Positions 63,063-64,000 of a stretch of 64,000 nt of DNA are shown here, piece by piece. How positions within the stretch are numbered: the stretch's first letter is position 1; each line of letters opens with the position of its first letter. The position numbers and the translations under genes are program-made. The notes under the pieces are model-generated. The model saw only the letters and a list, made by a program, of their open reading frames with translations, ran no database searches and was not told the origin of the DNA. Source of the DNA: Spirogloea muscicola (Eukaryota); the NCBI GenBank assembly GCA_009602725.1, contig WELB01000027.1, positions 395,459 to 459,458 on the forward strand, given 5' to 3'.

Positions 63063-63459
63063 CGGCGGCGGCGGCGNNNNNNNNNNNNNNNNNNNNNNNN
63101 NNNNNNNNNNNNNNNNNNNNNNNNNNNNNNNNNNNNNNNNNNNNNNNNNNNNNNNNNNNNNNNNNNNNNNNNNNNNNNNNNNNNNNNNNNNNNNNNNNNN
63201 NNNNNNNNNNNNNNNNNNNNNNNNNNNNNNNNNNNNNNNNNNNNNNNNNNNNNNNNNNNNNNNNNNNNNNNNNNNNNNNNNNNNNNNNNNNNNNNNNNNN
63301 NNNNNNNNNNNNNNNNNNNNNNNNNNNNNNNNNNNNNNNNNNNNNNNNNNNNNNNNNNNNNNNNNNNNNNNNNNNNNNNNNNNNNNNNNNNNNNNNNNNN
63401 NNNNNNNNNNNNNNNNNNNNNNNNNNNNNNNNNNNNNNNNNNNNNNNNNNNNNNNNNNN

Positions 63460-64000
63460 ATGCCGGGCGCTGCCGAGCAGGCTGGCGCTGGCAACGACGG
63501 CGGCGGCAACGGCCCGAGCGGGGATGACGCTGCCGCTGGTGGCGCCGGACGACCACTGGGGCGTCTCGGCGGTCCTCCTCGCCGCCGGCGCCGCCGGCAT
63601 GTGGTGCGCGGCGGCGCGGACGCCGCGACAGCCGCCGCAAATGTCGGCGGCTCTGGCATCGACAACGCTGCTCACACGGCCATCAACTCGCCGCAGGTCG
63701 GAGCGCACGGTGGCGGGGCGCGCGCTGAGCGCGCCGCTGGTGGCGACGCTGCTGGGCCTGGCGGCCAGCAACGCGGGCGTGCTGCCCGCCGCGGCGCCCG
63801 CCTACGCCGCCGTCAACCGCTACCTCCTCCTCCTCTGCGTCCCGCTCCTGCTGTTCGGCGCCGACGTGCGCCGCGTGCTCGCCGACACCGGCCGCCTCCT
63901 CGCCGCCTTCCTCGCCGGCGCAGGTGGCCTGGCCCTGCCTTTGCTGCGCCCCTCTCTTGAACCCAGATCTCAGCTTTGTACGCCTAAGCCCTTACTCAGC
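63460..64000 (+). CDS. DUF819 (YjcL-like) membrane protein, partial; runs off the window
   Basis: LVAPDDHWGVSAVLLAAGAAGMW|SERTVAGRALSAPLVATLLGLAASNAGVLP...VPLLLFGADVRRV...GRLLAAFLAG. Confidence 0.85.

Overview
Intron-rich, GC-rich eukaryotic nuclear DNA from a draft short-read assembly. It has nine long N-gaps, mostly at (GCC)n-rich gene 5' ends, and one Illumina adapter remnant. Gene content (nuclear plastid MinD with transit peptide, plant-type SEC23D-like, EMB1273-like, DUF819, two GRAS genes) points to a streptophyte, most plausibly a zygnematophycean alga; this is inference. About 16 protein-coding genes can be pieced together by hand across GT/GC-AG introns: GPD, THUMP tRNA methyltransferase, MinD, ADA2, METTL13-like methyltransferase, MHF1/CENP-S, NFRKB-like, TBC RabGAP, acidic P-protein exon, GRAS x2, LEA-like plastid protein, GCR1_C-like protein, V-ATPase C, EMB1273-like, SEC23-like and a partial DUF819. 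Most sit in head-to-head or tail-to-tail pairs. The most notable items are: (1) a spliced gene with a GCR1_C-like (fungal Hot1/Msn1/Gcr1, Crypton-related) DNA-binding domain; (2) a tandem pair of intron-containing GRAS genes with shared intron positions; (3) a decayed CRE/R2-type (RLE) LINE family whose 3' ends recur near gene 5' regions; (4) a TA-flanked pogo/mariner-like MITE carrying telomeric repeats; (5) tandem mitochondrial-type tRNA-Lys pseudocopies; (6) two adjacent ~270-bp palindromes. All family assignments come from recalled motifs, not database searches. Gene spans include introns.
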